Under the pieces are notes generated by a model, which saw nothing but the letters and a program-made list of their open reading frames with translations, was not told the DNA's origin and ran no database searches. From Candidatus Latescibacterota bacterium (GTDB lineage: Bacteria; Latescibacterota; UBA2968), in assembly GCA_965222605.1 (NCBI GenBank), contig OZ244960.1:6144001-6208000 (forward strand): a stretch of 64,000 bases of DNA, written 5' to 3'. The position numbers and the translations under genes are program-made. Numbering within the stretch: position 1 is the first letter of the stretch; every line of letters starts with the position of its first letter. Positions 47,269-57,488 of this stretch are shown piece after piece.

Positions 47269-48315
47269 ATGATTCGCGTTGGCCTGGTTGGTTATGGTTT
47301 GGGTGGCAAAGTCTTTCACGCACAATTGATTCAGATGGCGCCCGATCTCGAACTCTACGCGGTTTGTTCGCGTTCATTAGAGAAACGCCAGGACGCAGAG
47401 GCCGATTTCCCGCAGATCGTGACGTATGACACCTTTGACGCGCTATTGGACGATGGCAACGTAGATCTCGTTGTGTTGGCGACACCTCACGACACGCACG
47501 CGCCCATGGCGATTCAGGCAATGGACGCGGGCAAACATCTCGTAACAGATAAAATTATGTGTTTGAATGAATCTGAAGCGCGGTCTATGATTGAAGCGTC
47601 TGAGCGCAATCAGGTGCTTTTGAGTGTGTATCAGAATCGGCGATGGGACGGCGATTTTTTGACGTTGCAACACATACTTGCAGAAGGGATACTGGGCGAT
47701 ATTTATACTATTGAGTCCAATATCACAACTTATGGTGGACCGCATGTCGGGTGGCGTGCGTGGAAAAAATACGGCGGAGGACGCGTCCTCGATTGGGGAG
47801 CGCATCTGGTGGACCAGGCTCTCAGACTGTACGGCCCGACAGTTGAAACTGTTTTTGCCGATTTGCAATATCGCTATCCCAAAGATAAGGCCGATGTTGA
47901 AGCTCTGGCTCTGATTCATCTGAGATTTGCAAACGGGGTGCGCTATTTTATTGAATTGGGCACCGCGTGGATGTATGCCAAACCGCGCTATCATGTGCGC
48001 GGCGCGCTCGGAAGTTTCAGAAAATACGGCATAGACCCTCAAGAGGCAGCGATGAAGTCAGGGGTTTTTGGCGTGCTCGTTCCGGAAGATCCTGCGCGTT
48101 ATCAATTGCGCGTTATCAATGATCGCGGACAAACTGTAGAGTATCCTGTGTCGCCTCTGTTTGGCAGCTATCGCACGTATTACGATAATGTGGGCGCGGC
48201 ACTTGCACATGGGGAAGAATTGCTGGTCAAACCCAGGGAATGTTTGGAGGCCATTCGCGTGATTGACGCAATCAGGCTATCGGCAGAACGAGAAGAGGTT
48301 GTCAAGCTGATATAG
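47269..48315 (+). CDS. Gfo/Idh/MocA family oxidoreductase (YdgJ/IolW-like)
   Basis: GYGLGG, AGKH, YQNRRWDGDF, DWGAHLVDQ, KYGIDPQE. Confidence 0.9.
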   Translation: MIRVGLVGYGLGGKVFHAQLIQMAPDLELYAVCSRSLEKRQDAEADFPQIVTYDTFDALLDDGNVDLVVLATPHDTHAPMAIQAMDAGKHLVTDKIMCLNESEARSMIEASERNQVLLSVYQNRRWDGDFLTLQHILAEGILGDIYTIESNITTYGGPHVGWRAWKKYGGGRVLDWGAHLVDQALRLYGPTVETVFADLQYRYPKDKADVEALALIHLRFANGVRYFIELGTAWMYAKPRYHVRGALGSFRKYGIDPQEAAMKSGVFGVLVPEDPARYQLRVINDRGQTVEYPVSPLFGSYRTYYDNVGAALAHGEELLVKPRECLEAIRVIDAIRLSAEREEVVKLI

Positions 48316-48328
48316 GAAAGGGTATTTT

Positions 48329-48484
48329 ATGGTGTGGGGCATTGTATTATTTGTCATTTTTACGGGTTGTTATCTCGGGCAGTGTATTTCTTCTGGCATG
48401 GGCAAAAAGCATGGCTGGTCATTGCAGTGGCTCTGTTGGCTGGTCACGAGTTTGACAATCCTGATCTGCTATTTCATTGTTTAG
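48329..48484 (+). CDS. Small 51-aa two-TM membrane protein
   Basis: Hand-translated MVWGIVLFVIFTGCYLGQCISSGMGKKHGWSLQWLCWLVTSLTILICYFIV*; AGGAAAGG RBS; fills the gap between two + genes. Confidence 0.45.
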   Translation: MVWGIVLFVIFTGCYLGQCISSGMGKKHGWSLQWLCWLVTSLTILICYFIV

Positions 48485-48494
48485 GACTACCATC

Positions 48495-48974
48495 GTGTTG
48501 TTTTGCGAATTTAAGCGCCATCTCGACAAGCCTGATGAAACATATATGTGCGATTTAGTCGCCCATGGCACAGATTGGGTGATTTTGTCTTATGTGTCAA
48601 ATCGCGCCTGGGAAGTCGCTGGTACCTACCTGCCTGCTGGTTCTCAAACGCTGGCGTTTTACCAGACGGACGGCGCGCATGTCCTGTGGCGAATGTGTGC
48701 CCCTTCAGGTGATCTGAAAGGGCACTTGTTCCATATATGTCGAGATCTGCAGGTGGAAAAGCGCAGGGTCAGTTACCTGGATTTACTTTTGGATATATGG
48801 ATAGATTCCGATGGCGTTGCCGAGGTGTTAGACCGAGAAGATGTAGAAATGTGTTATAGGGAAGGCAAGCTGTGTGAGGCCGATCTGAAAACCATATCGG
48901 CAGAGGAGAAGCGGATTGTGACACACTGGCCCGGGCTGGTGCGGGAGATGGACGCGCTTTTGAGGGGGCTATAA
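48495..48974 (+). CDS. DUF402 domain protein
   Basis: YLDLLLDIWI...G...VLD.ED motif. Confidence 0.75.
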   Translation: MLFCEFKRHLDKPDETYMCDLVAHGTDWVILSYVSNRAWEVAGTYLPAGSQTLAFYQTDGAHVLWRMCAPSGDLKGHLFHICRDLQVEKRRVSYLDLLLDIWIDSDGVAEVLDREDVEMCYREGKLCEADLKTISAEEKRIVTHWPGLVREMDALLRGL

Positions 48975-48983
48975 TGGTTTCTT

Positions 48984-49856
48984 TTACTGTTCGAGTTGCG
49001 GGACGAGTTCTTTGAGGTATTTGCGAAAATCTTTGGCAATGGCCGGATGGTTGAGGGAAAATGCCACCGATGTTTTGAGATATGAGAGGAGATCGCCTAC
49101 CGTATGCCACTCTCCTTCGATAGCGCATGCGTACACCGCTCGGGATTGGCTCATCAATTCGATAGCGTCGGTGAGTTGATATTCTCCATTTTCAGCAGGT
49201 TCGATCTGTTCGAGGAAGTCAAAAATTTCGGGTCCAAATATGTAGCGCCCAAGGGTTGCGAGATTTGATGGTGCTCTTGCCGGATCGGGTTTTTCAACGA
49301 GTCCTTCAACGAGATAGACATCGTTTATGCGTTTGGCTTTAATAACGCCATAACTACTGATGCGATCTTGCGGTACTTCTTTGACTGCGAGAATGGAACT
49401 GCCGTACCTGTTGTAGTGATCGATCATTTGCCCAATGCAAGGGCGCTCCGAAACGACGAGGTCATCGCCATAAAGAACGGCAAAGGGTTCGTCGCCAATA
49501 TGTTTTCGGGCTTTGAGAACGGCGTGTCCTGTACCTAACTGGTCTTTTTGCCGCACGTAATGGATATCGGCCAGTTGTTCGATTCGGTCCAGAGTTTCAA
49601 GCATTTTCCGATCTGCGCGTTCATGCAATGCATGGGCGATTTCGATGTTGCGATCAAAGTGGTCTTCAATTGCGCGTTTTCCCCGGCCCGTGATGATCAG
49701 GATATCTTCAATACCCGAGTTGACGAGTTCCTCAATGATGTATTGAATCGCCGGTTTGTCAACAATGGGCATCATTTCTTTGGGCAGAGCCTTGGTGGCG
49801 GGCAGCATGCGACTGCCGTGCCCCGCTGCTGGAATTACTGCTTTTCTAATTTTCAA
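48984..49856 (-). CDS. galU: UTP--glucose-1-phosphate uridylyltransferase
   Basis: KAVIPAAGHGSRMLPATKALPKEM, TGRGKRAIEDHFD, GLVEKP, GEYQLTDA; TTG start after GGAGG. Confidence 0.94.
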   Translation of the reverse strand: MKIRKAVIPAAGHGSRMLPATKALPKEMMPIVDKPAIQYIIEELVNSGIEDILIITGRGKRAIEDHFDRNIEIAHALHERADRKMLETLDRIEQLADIHYVRQKDQLGTGHAVLKARKHIGDEPFAVLYGDDLVVSERPCIGQMIDHYNRYGSSILAVKEVPQDRISSYGVIKAKRINDVYLVEGLVEKPDPARAPSNLATLGRYIFGPEIFDFLEQIEPAENGEYQLTDAIELMSQSRAVYACAIEGEWHTVGDLLSYLKTSVAFSLNHPAIAKDFRKYLKELVPQLEQ

Positions 49857-49964
49857 CAAGACCTCCAGAATGCTGAGATTTGTCAAACGATCTGAATGAC
49901 AAATTTCAGATTGCCAGAAAGAAATGTCAAGGATATTTTTCCACAATACGTTGTTTCTCATTAC

Positions 49965-49993
49965 TTGACTTTATTTTTTTAAAGAGTTATTAT
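49965..49993 (+). promoter_or_regulatory. sigma70-type promoter of mreBC
   Basis: TTGACT, 17 nt, TATTAT; followed by the hairpin CCACCCGC-TCT-GCGGGTGG. Confidence 0.5.
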
Positions 49994-50219
49994 TGTTCGC
50001 GAAAAGCCACCCGCTCTGCGGGTGGTCGTTTACTCAGCCGATTTTCTGCACCATTTCTCCTCCTTTCGTGTATTTTTCCCCATTCAAAAAGATTGTGTTC
50101 TCACTGCCATTCAGCAATGTTTTGTTAGGCAGTTGAGAATGCCAAACTCGGAAATACTATTAACCAATTTTGCGGGATTGTTGTTCGCCTTATCGATTCC
50201 GGTGGGAGATACTTTAGCT

Positions 50220-51239
50220 ATGGCTTTATGGTTTTCGAACTTGTTTTCTAACGATATTGGTATTGATCTGGGAACTGCCAATACACTGATTTATGTCAAA
50301 GGGCAGGGCATTGCGATCAACGAGCCTTCAATTGTTGCCCTTGATCGTCATACACGCAAACCGCTGGCCATTGGTTCCCAGGCCAAAGAAATGCTTGGGC
50401 GCGAAAAACCAGATATAGAAGTGGTTCGTCCGCTCCGCGATGGCGTTATCGCCGATTTTGATGTGACTGAGGAAATGTTGCGTTTTTTTATTTCTAAAGT
50501 ACAAAAAAATAAACTCCTGGTCAGGCCACGCGTTGTGATTTGTGTGCCTTCTGGTGTTACCCCTGTTGAGATGCGCGCTGTCAGTGAAGCTGCCGATCGC
50601 GCAGGTGCCCGCGAAGTTTTTTTGATGAAAGAACCCATGGCGGCTGCGATTGGCGTTGGGTTGCCCATAGGGGATGCGGTGGGCACTATGGTCGTTGATA
50701 TTGGCGGCGGAACAACGGAAATCGCGGTGATTGCACTATCTGGCATTGTGACGTCCAGATCAATTAAAACAGCGGGCGATGAATTGACAGAAGTCATTGT
50801 GCAATTTCTCAAACGCAAACACAATCTGCTGGTGGGAAGCCGCAGTGCAGAGCAAATCAAGTGCGCTATTGGTACTGCTGTGGGGCTCGAGGAAGAACTA
50901 CAACATACGTGCCGCGGCCTGGAGATGGTGCAAGCGATACCCAGAGTCATTAATGTCCATTCAAAAGAAATCAGGGAGGCAATAGCCGGTTCGGTAAATG
51001 CGATCGTTAACGCTGTGCGCCGAACACTCGAGCAGACACCACCCGAATTGGCCGCCGATCTTCTCGACAATGGCATTATTTTGACGGGGGGAGGGGCACT
51101 ACTACGCGGGCTGGATCGGCGATTGGTCAATGAGACCGGTTTGCCCGTTATGGTAGCCGATGATCCATTGACCTGTGTGGTGCGAGGTACGGGGAAAGTA
51201 CTTGCAGATATCCATGGCTACAGGAACGTTTTGGAATAG
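50220..51239 (+). CDS. mreB: Rod shape-determining protein MreB
   Basis: GIDLGTAN, RPLRDGVIADF, EPMAAAIG, DIGGGTTE, LTGGGALL. Confidence 0.97.
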   Translation: MALWFSNLFSNDIGIDLGTANTLIYVKGQGIAINEPSIVALDRHTRKPLAIGSQAKEMLGREKPDIEVVRPLRDGVIADFDVTEEMLRFFISKVQKNKLLVRPRVVICVPSGVTPVEMRAVSEAADRAGAREVFLMKEPMAAAIGVGLPIGDAVGTMVVDIGGGTTEIAVIALSGIVTSRSIKTAGDELTEVIVQFLKRKHNLLVGSRSAEQIKCAIGTAVGLEEELQHTCRGLEMVQAIPRVINVHSKEIREAIAGSVNAIVNAVRRTLEQTPPELAADLLDNGIILTGGGALLRGLDRRLVNETGLPVMVADDPLTCVVRGTGKVLADIHGYRNVLE

Positions 51240-51241
51240 CG

Positions 51242-52048
51242 ATGCAACGAATTCGTGTTTTTTTGCGTGTTCGCCGTAAGGGGGTTGTACTGGGCGTTGC
51301 GATTTTGACGTCTTTGATATTGATGTTGTTCGATTCCTCAATACAGGCGCGATTTGCACACAATGTTGTTTTTGGGTTGATGTCTATTGGGCACCGTATC
51401 TTTGCCTGGCCGATGGGACTTTCATCGCTGCGATACGAAAATGAGGCTTTGCGCGATCAGAATTTGCGCCTTTCTCTCGAATTGCTCAAACTCAGAGAGG
51501 CCCAGCTTGAAAATGCGCGCCTCCATGCCTTGTTACATTTTAAGTCGCAGCAGGCAGCTAAAAAATCTTATATTCTTGCACGGGTGATTGCACGTAATCC
51601 CGCGCGAATTGCAAATACGATATTGATCGATGCCGGTGCAGATGAAGGCATACAGGCCCGCATGCCTGTTGTGACTGCGGATGGGTTGGTGGGGCGTATC
51701 TTGGAAGTATACGGTTATACTGCTATTGTGCAGTTGCTCATAGATCACAATTGTCGGGTCAGTGCAGTGGTGCAGCGACACAGTCGTGTAAGTGGCATTG
51801 TGTCTTTTGAAGATGGCACATTCTATTTAAAAAATGTGTCGCTTCGTGGGAATATTGAAGTTGGAGATCTGATCGTATCGTCCGGTTTGGGGGAAATGTT
51901 TCCCAAAGGGCTTTACGTGGGGCAGGTCGTCAAAGTACGGGATGAAGCACAGGGTTTGTTTAGAGAGGTCATTTTGGCACCGGGCGTAAATTTCCACAAT
52001 TTAGAGGAAGTTTTTGTGCTAAAGACCAATTCACAGATTAATAATTAA
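51242..52048 (+). CDS. mreC: Rod shape-determining protein MreC
   Basis: N-terminal TM, coiled coil ENARL..LL, PVVTADGLVGRI, SSGLGEMFPKG, LEEVFV. Confidence 0.92.
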   Translation: MQRIRVFLRVRRKGVVLGVAILTSLILMLFDSSIQARFAHNVVFGLMSIGHRIFAWPMGLSSLRYENEALRDQNLRLSLELLKLREAQLENARLHALLHFKSQQAAKKSYILARVIARNPARIANTILIDAGADEGIQARMPVVTADGLVGRILEVYGYTAIVQLLIDHNCRVSAVVQRHSRVSGIVSFEDGTFYLKNVSLRGNIEVGDLIVSSGLGEMFPKGLYVGQVVKVRDEAQGLFREVILAPGVNFHNLEEVFVLKTNSQINN

Positions 52049-52052
52049 AGTG

Positions 52053-53525
52053 TTACAATTGAATCGATTTTTTGAGCTCCCTGAGGGCAGTGCCTTCAGG
52101 GGATTTTTTGTAGTAGGTATCCAGCGGGAAGCAGCCCGATATCATGCCATTTCGGGGGGCTGTGGTGCAGTCACTGAAGGTTCGACAGAGTTTGCGTTTG
52201 GACGCTTCTCCTTTTTGGAGTACATCAACGGGTAAGTCGGGATAAGACAGCACCATGCGTCCCAGGCCAATAAAATCTACCTTGCCATCGCGCACGAGTG
52301 CCTGTGTAACGTGGGGCAAAAATTCCTGGAGGTAGGAATAGGCCGTGCCGACGATGAGCAAATCGGAAAATTGTTCTTTGATTTGCGCCGTAATGTCAAC
52401 TTGACGAGCAACACCCACGAGTGGGTCTTCGGGGGGTTGATAGCCGTCGGAGGGGGGAAAATAAGCGGGCCGCTGAATGTGGGGGTTGTAGTAAGGGCTG
52501 CCTGCTGAGAGATTGACGAGCAAAATATCGAGTTCGCGCAGCAATTCGAGGAAGCGACAGGTTTCGGCAATATTTGCGACTATAGGATTGTTTTCATCGA
52601 TGCCAAAACCGTATTTATAGGGCAAGCATTCGGAAAAATCCTCGGGAATGCCCGGTCCGAGTTTTTTGCCTTCGGATAGTTCGGGATCGGGATAAAAAGG
52701 CACAAAGTCGAATGCACTGAGGCGCACACCTATTTTGAGATCGGGACAATCGGCGCGAATGCCCGCGACGATTTCCCGAAGAAATCGGGTTCGATTTTCA
52801 AATGAGCCACCATAAGGTCCCGGTCGGGTAAAAGCACTCAAAAATTCGTGACCGAGATAACCGTGACAGTGTTTGACATCGACAAACTGATATCCGAGGT
52901 TATACGCCATGCGTGCGGCACAGTGGTAGTCGTCAATCAGGCTTTTGATTTCGCTATCGGACAGCACGAGGGCGTCTGAGTCAATGCCAAATTTGCGGTC
53001 GAGGATCGGATGGCGATACACAATGCGGGGTTCGAGTTTGATTTTGTCATTGGGTCTGCAAAAGCGCCCCGAGTGAGTCAGTTGAAGGCCAACGAGCAGG
53101 TCATCGATGTTGCCGATGTGTGCGCGGTGTGCCGATAGGAGTTCTTCTCGGAGTTTGCCCAGGCCGGCTTTGGTATGTCCGGCTGCAAAGAGTTGATTTG
53201 GATTTGCGCGTCCTTCCTGGCACACGGCAACGGCTTCACCACCCCATATCAATTTTGCTCCGCTCAGGCCAAAGTTGTGCCATCTTCGGAGGGTATATTC
53301 CGAGGGATTGCCATCAATTTCGCCATCCCAGCCCTCCATGGGTTGGATGCAGAAGCGATTGCCAATGCGAAAGCCTTGACAATCGCTCGTTTGGGCAAGT
53401 GGTGATTCTGGTGCTTTGAGAATTTCGTCATCGCAGGGAAGATCAATCCCCAGGCTGTTGACATGCGCTTTGAATGATTCGACAGTTTTGTGATGTCCGA
53501 TGCGCTGGTATTTTGCCAGAGGCAT
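52053..53525 (-). CDS. NADH:flavin oxidoreductase (Old Yellow Enzyme family)
   Basis: [40 protein letters not shown]. Confidence 0.9.
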   Translation of the reverse strand: MPLAKYQRIGHHKTVESFKAHVNSLGIDLPCDDEILKAPESPLAQTSDCQGFRIGNRFCIQPMEGWDGEIDGNPSEYTLRRWHNFGLSGAKLIWGGEAVAVCQEGRANPNQLFAAGHTKAGLGKLREELLSAHRAHIGNIDDLLVGLQLTHSGRFCRPNDKIKLEPRIVYRHPILDRKFGIDSDALVLSDSEIKSLIDDYHCAARMAYNLGYQFVDVKHCHGYLGHEFLSAFTRPGPYGGSFENRTRFLREIVAGIRADCPDLKIGVRLSAFDFVPFYPDPELSEGKKLGPGIPEDFSECLPYKYGFGIDENNPIVANIAETCRFLELLRELDILLVNLSAGSPYYNPHIQRPAYFPPSDGYQPPEDPLVGVARQVDITAQIKEQFSDLLIVGTAYSYLQEFLPHVTQALVRDGKVDFIGLGRMVLSYPDLPVDVLQKGEASKRKLCRTFSDCTTAPRNGMISGCFPLDTYYKKSPEGTALRELKKSIQL

Positions 53526-53624
53526 TGGCACTCCTTGGGCGAAATGGTTTGCATTATATGCCTTAGAAAGCTATGAATATACCAAAGGATGTTTTGGGAA
53601 GCAATGTTTCTGAAAGGAGTTAGT

Positions 53625-54593
53625 ATGGCAGTGGAGGATTATGTGCAGATTGTGGTGCCTGGCGATGAGCCGGTACAGATTGCGGGAGCCCCCCATCTCG
53701 ACCGATTGACGAGTTATGGCGATGTGACGCTTTACGATACGCGCCCCGAGTCATCAAAAGAGAAGGTCGAACGAGTAAAGAACGCCGATGTGATTATGAA
53801 CACGCGCGGTGCTGTGACGTGGGGCGAGCAAGAGTTTAGCCAATTGCCAAAGTTGAAGATGATTACGACGTGTTCTATTGGCACAGATATGTTCGATCTG
53901 GAGGCCGCAAAAAAGCGCGGAATTGTGATATGCAACCAACCGGGCAGAACAGCACCGGTTGTGGCAGAACACATGTTTGGGCTGATGTTTGCCGTTGCAA
54001 AACGCGCTGCATATTTGACCGCAGAGATGAAGAAGGGGGGCTGGCCCCGGCGGGATAATGTGATGCTTCAGGGCAAAACCCTGGGGATTATTGGTGCGGG
54101 CAATATCGGTGCTGAGATGGCGCGGCTCGCTCGAGCGATTGGGATGGAGGTGATTGCGTGGACATTTCATCCGTCAACTGAGCGAGCAAAAAAACTCGGC
54201 GTGCGATTTGTCGCATTAGATACACTACTCGACAAATCTGATGTGGTCAGTTTGCACGTGGCGTTGACAGATGATACCAGGGGGATGATTGGCGAGGCCG
54301 AGTTAGAAAAGATGAAAGCGGGCGCGCTATTGCTGAATGGGGCGCGTGGCGCAATAGTCGATACGGATGCGCTTGTCGATGCCTTAAACAGTGGGCACCT
54401 TGGTGGGGCGGGTATCGATGTGTACGAAGAAGAACCGACACCGCCCGATCATCCTCTTTTTGCGTGTGAACAGGTGGTGCTTACGCCGCATTGTGCCGAT
54501 ATGACGCCGGAAGGTGTCGATCTACTCAATAGCGGCGCAGTGGAGAATGTTATCGCATTTTTGGAGGGGCGGACGCAAAATGCGGTGACTTAG
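53625..54593 (+). CDS. D-isomer specific 2-hydroxyacid dehydrogenase
   Basis: VAEH, GAGNIG, NGARG, DVYEEEP, LTPH. Confidence 0.9.
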   Translation: MAVEDYVQIVVPGDEPVQIAGAPHLDRLTSYGDVTLYDTRPESSKEKVERVKNADVIMNTRGAVTWGEQEFSQLPKLKMITTCSIGTDMFDLEAAKKRGIVICNQPGRTAPVVAEHMFGLMFAVAKRAAYLTAEMKKGGWPRRDNVMLQGKTLGIIGAGNIGAEMARLARAIGMEVIAWTFHPSTERAKKLGVRFVALDTLLDKSDVVSLHVALTDDTRGMIGEAELEKMKAGALLLNGARGAIVDTDALVDALNSGHLGGAGIDVYEEEPTPPDHPLFACEQVVLTPHCADMTPEGVDLLNSGAVENVIAFLEGRTQNAVT

Positions 54594-55672
54594 TTTTTGA
54601 TATACCCCTCTCGAGTCAAGAGTTCGGCCATCAGGACAGCACCGCCTGCTGCACCGCGCACGGTGTTGTGACTGAGGGCGATGAATTTGTAATCGAAAAT
54701 ATTATCTTCGCGCAAGCGGCCGAGTGTGATGCCCATACCATTTTCTGCATCGCGGTCTAAGCGCGTCTGCGGGCGGTCATCGCCTTCGATGTAAGCGAGA
54801 AATGTTTTGGGCGAGGAAGGCAAGCCCGCAGCTTTGTGGTCGCCCTCGAAATCTTGCCAGCGCGAGAGGATGTCTTCTGCTGTGGGTTTTTTGTCGAAGG
54901 ATACAGATACAGCTGCCATGTGTCCATCTGTGACGGGAACCCGAACACATTGGGCTGAAATAATCGGACTGCGCCTGGGCACTATTTCATCTTTGACGAT
55001 TTTGCCCCAAATTTTGTGAGGTTCGCTTTCGCTTTTGTCTTCTTCGCCGCCGATATATGGGATGACATTGTCTATCATTTCTGGCCATGTCTCAAAGGTT
55101 TTACCAGCACCGGAAATAGCCTGATATGTGCATATGGAGGCTCTGGAAGGCCCAAATTCTGATAATGCGTGAAAAGCCGGTACATAAGGCTGAATGGAGC
55201 AATTGGGTTTGACGGCGATAAAACCGCGTTGGGCACCCAGACGTTTGCGTTGCGCCGGGATGATTTCGGCATGTTGTGGGTTGATTTCTGGCAATAGTAT
55301 GGGAACATCGGGCGTCCAGCGATGCGCTGAATTATTGGAGATGACCGGAGTTTCCGCTTTTGCATAAGCTTCTTCGAGTCTGTAAATCTCCTCTTTTTCC
55401 ATGTCGAGCGCGCAACAGACGAAATCGACTTGTGATGAGATAGCATCAATTTCGCCCGCGTCCTGCACGACGAGATCGGATACTTTTGTGGGAATGTCAA
55501 TATCGCGTTGCGTCCATCGGCCTTTTACGGCTTCTCGATAGGTTTTACCGGCAGAGCGCGGGCTGGCGGCAACGGCGGCGACTTCAAAATAGGGATGATC
55601 GGCGAGCAATGTGACAAAGCGCTGTCCGACCATGCCGGTTGCGCCGAGAACCCCAACTTTAAGCTTGGACAT
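54590..55672 (-). CDS. asd: Aspartate-semialdehyde dehydrogenase
   Basis: GATGMVGQRF, PNCS, YQAISGAG, RVPVTDGH, HNTVRGAAGG. Confidence 0.95.
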   Translation of the reverse strand: MSKLKVGVLGATGMVGQRFVTLLADHPYFEVAAVAASPRSAGKTYREAVKGRWTQRDIDIPTKVSDLVVQDAGEIDAISSQVDFVCCALDMEKEEIYRLEEAYAKAETPVISNNSAHRWTPDVPILLPEINPQHAEIIPAQRKRLGAQRGFIAVKPNCSIQPYVPAFHALSEFGPSRASICTYQAISGAGKTFETWPEMIDNVIPYIGGEEDKSESEPHKIWGKIVKDEIVPRRSPIISAQCVRVPVTDGHMAAVSVSFDKKPTAEDILSRWQDFEGDHKAAGLPSSPKTFLAYIEGDDRPQTRLDRDAENGMGITLGRLREDNIFDYKFIALSHNTVRGAAGGAVLMAELLTREGYIKN

Positions 55673-55699
55673 CGGTTTTTCCTTTCTGCGGATCTGAAT

Positions 55700-55740
55700 A
55701 AAAAAAACAGTCGGTTGCCAGAGTAGAAGCACGCCGACTG
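55700..55740 (-). terminator. Riboswitch expression-platform terminator
   Basis: Minus strand CAGTCGG...CCGACTG followed by T8, between the aptamer and asd. Confidence 0.75.
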
Positions 55741-55760
55741 CATATAGCAGAGACTGCCCA

Positions 55761-55935
55761 CAAGAGAGTGCTCCACGGGATTATTTCTCGTGACAGTTCA
55801 GCAGATATTATCTGCTGACCCAGCCAAATGCCCTGCGGTGGAATATTTGGCTTCGGCATCCCGACCCTTTCATCTGGCCTACAGATCCGCTTTCTTGTGC
55901 CAGATTACTGATGACGGGACGCGCCTCTACTCTTG
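55761..55935 (-). ncRNA. Lysine riboswitch (L-box) upstream of asd
   Basis: Minus strand AGAGGCGC...AGTA...TGAAAGGG...GCCGAAG...CTGGG...AATA...ACTGTCAC...GTGGAGCACT; P1 CAAGAG/CTCTTG; canonical gene context. Confidence 0.9.
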
Positions 55936-55999
55936 GTGGAGAGAAATTTCACATATTCTACATTTTTTGTCAACCTGAAAATGGAATATGCCGCTGATA

Positions 56000-56028
56000 T
56001 TGACATGTGGGGCATTGCAGATTATCAT
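56000..56028 (+). promoter_or_regulatory. sigma70-type promoter of the sulfatase-like gene
   Basis: TTGACA, 17 nt, TATCAT. Confidence 0.6.
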
Positions 56029-56081
56029 GGAATAAGGATAGTTTAGACCAATCCATGTTTGAATTACACAAGGAGATTTTT

Positions 56082-57488
56082 ATGAATATAGTAGTAATTT
56101 GCTGCGATACGTTTCGCGCAGACATTGTTGGAGCAGGTAAAAAGTTGAGCCATGTGAAAACTCCTCATTTAGATCAGTTGGCTTCTGAGGGCTTGACTTT
56201 TGATCGCTGTTTTGCAGAGGGCTTGCCGACGATTCCGTTTCGGCGGTGTGTTTTTACGGGTATCCCATCTTTTCCCTGGCGGTTTGACACGCCGAATGAA
56301 GGACTACAGCCGGCAGGCTCTGGCTGGCATCCGATTCCGCCAGAGCAGGATACACTCGCGGAACGCTTGCACGATGCGGGTTTTGTCACGGGCCTGGTCG
56401 CGGATACCTATCACATGTTTAAGCCGACGCAGAATTTCACGCGGGGTTTTTTGTCGTGGCGCTTTATTCGCGGGCAGGAACAAGATGGATATCGCTCGGG
56501 GCCGCTATCGCGTATTGATCTGGCAGCACATGTGAGGGACGGAGATGCAGATCCCAGAAAACATGCGGTGATTGTTCAGTATTTGCTCAATATGCTGGAT
56601 CGGCAGGAAGGCGAAGAGAATTATCTCGCCGCTCAAGTGTTCCGCGAGGCATCGCAATGGGTAGAGGACAATAGGGGCAACAAGCCGTTTTTTCTATGGA
56701 TTGACAGCTTTAGCCCACACGAGTTATGGGATCCGCCCAGGCAGTATGCCGATGCCTATTTTTCAGATCCCTCGGTGAAGGATTATATCCACCACCGTGC
56801 CTTGTCCTTTGGCGATGCGACAGATGCGGAAATCGAGCGCACAAAAGCGTTGTATATGGGCTATGTCACGTTTGTGGATCGCTGGATTGGGCATTTATTG
56901 GAAACGATTGACCGATTGAATTTGCGGGACGATACGGTGGTGATGTTCATATCCGATCACGGCACGCAATTGATGGATAGGGGGCGGTTTGGCAAGGGCG
57001 GTAACGCGCTTTTTCCATTTAATACGCAGATCAATTGGGTCGTGCGCCACCCGGATGGACCGCGCGGACAGCAAACGGATATCTGGACGCAGAATCAGGA
57101 TATTACTCCGACGATTCTCAATATGCTGGACGTTGAGTACGAAGAGATGGATGGGGCAGATGCATGGGCAGGTGCAATGGGTGGAGCTGAACCTGCTCGG
57201 GATTATATCACAACGGGATGGGGAACGAGTTTTAATGTGCGGGATGATCGCTATAGCGTACACATGGATGTGGGAACAAGATCGCCACAGGCGACGGTTT
57301 ACGATTTGAGTGTGGATGCCGATGAGGAAAATCCCTTGAGCGATCCGCCCCGCGAAGTCGTCGCGCAGGCATTGGAACGGGCGCGTACTGTGATTGGCGA
57401 TTTTCCCGATGTGTTTAGTGCGTACAAACAAAGACACGCGGCACGGGCGATGCGGACGTTCATGAACAAGTATAATATTGGAACGTGA
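56082..57488 (+). CDS. Sulfatase-like hydrolase (alkaline phosphatase superfamily) with Thr at the nucleophile position
   Basis: NIVVICCDTFRAD, TPHLD, T-I-P-F-R..FTG, PHE.WDPP, SDHG. Confidence 0.85.
   Translation: MNIVVICCDTFRADIVGAGKKLSHVKTPHLDQLASEGLTFDRCFAEGLPTIPFRRCVFTGIPSFPWRFDTPNEGLQPAGSGWHPIPPEQDTLAERLHDAGFVTGLVADTYHMFKPTQNFTRGFLSWRFIRGQEQDGYRSGPLSRIDLAAHVRDGDADPRKHAVIVQYLLNMLDRQEGEENYLAAQVFREASQWVEDNRGNKPFFLWIDSFSPHELWDPPRQYADAYFSDPSVKDYIHHRALSFGDATDAEIERTKALYMGYVTFVDRWIGHLLETIDRLNLRDDTVVMFISDHGTQLMDRGRFGKGGNALFPFNTQINWVVRHPDGPRGQQTDIWTQNQDITPTILNMLDVEYEEMDGADAWAGAMGGAEPARDYITTGWGTSFNVRDDRYSVHMDVGTRSPQATVYDLSVDADEENPLSDPPREVVAQALERARTVIGDFPDVFSAYKQRHAARAMRTFMNKYNIGT

Noticed and set aside
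50348-51130. 260-aa antisense ORF over mreB
   Set aside because: Typical antisense shadow of a conserved gene; low-complexity Ser/Thr/Pro-rich translation.
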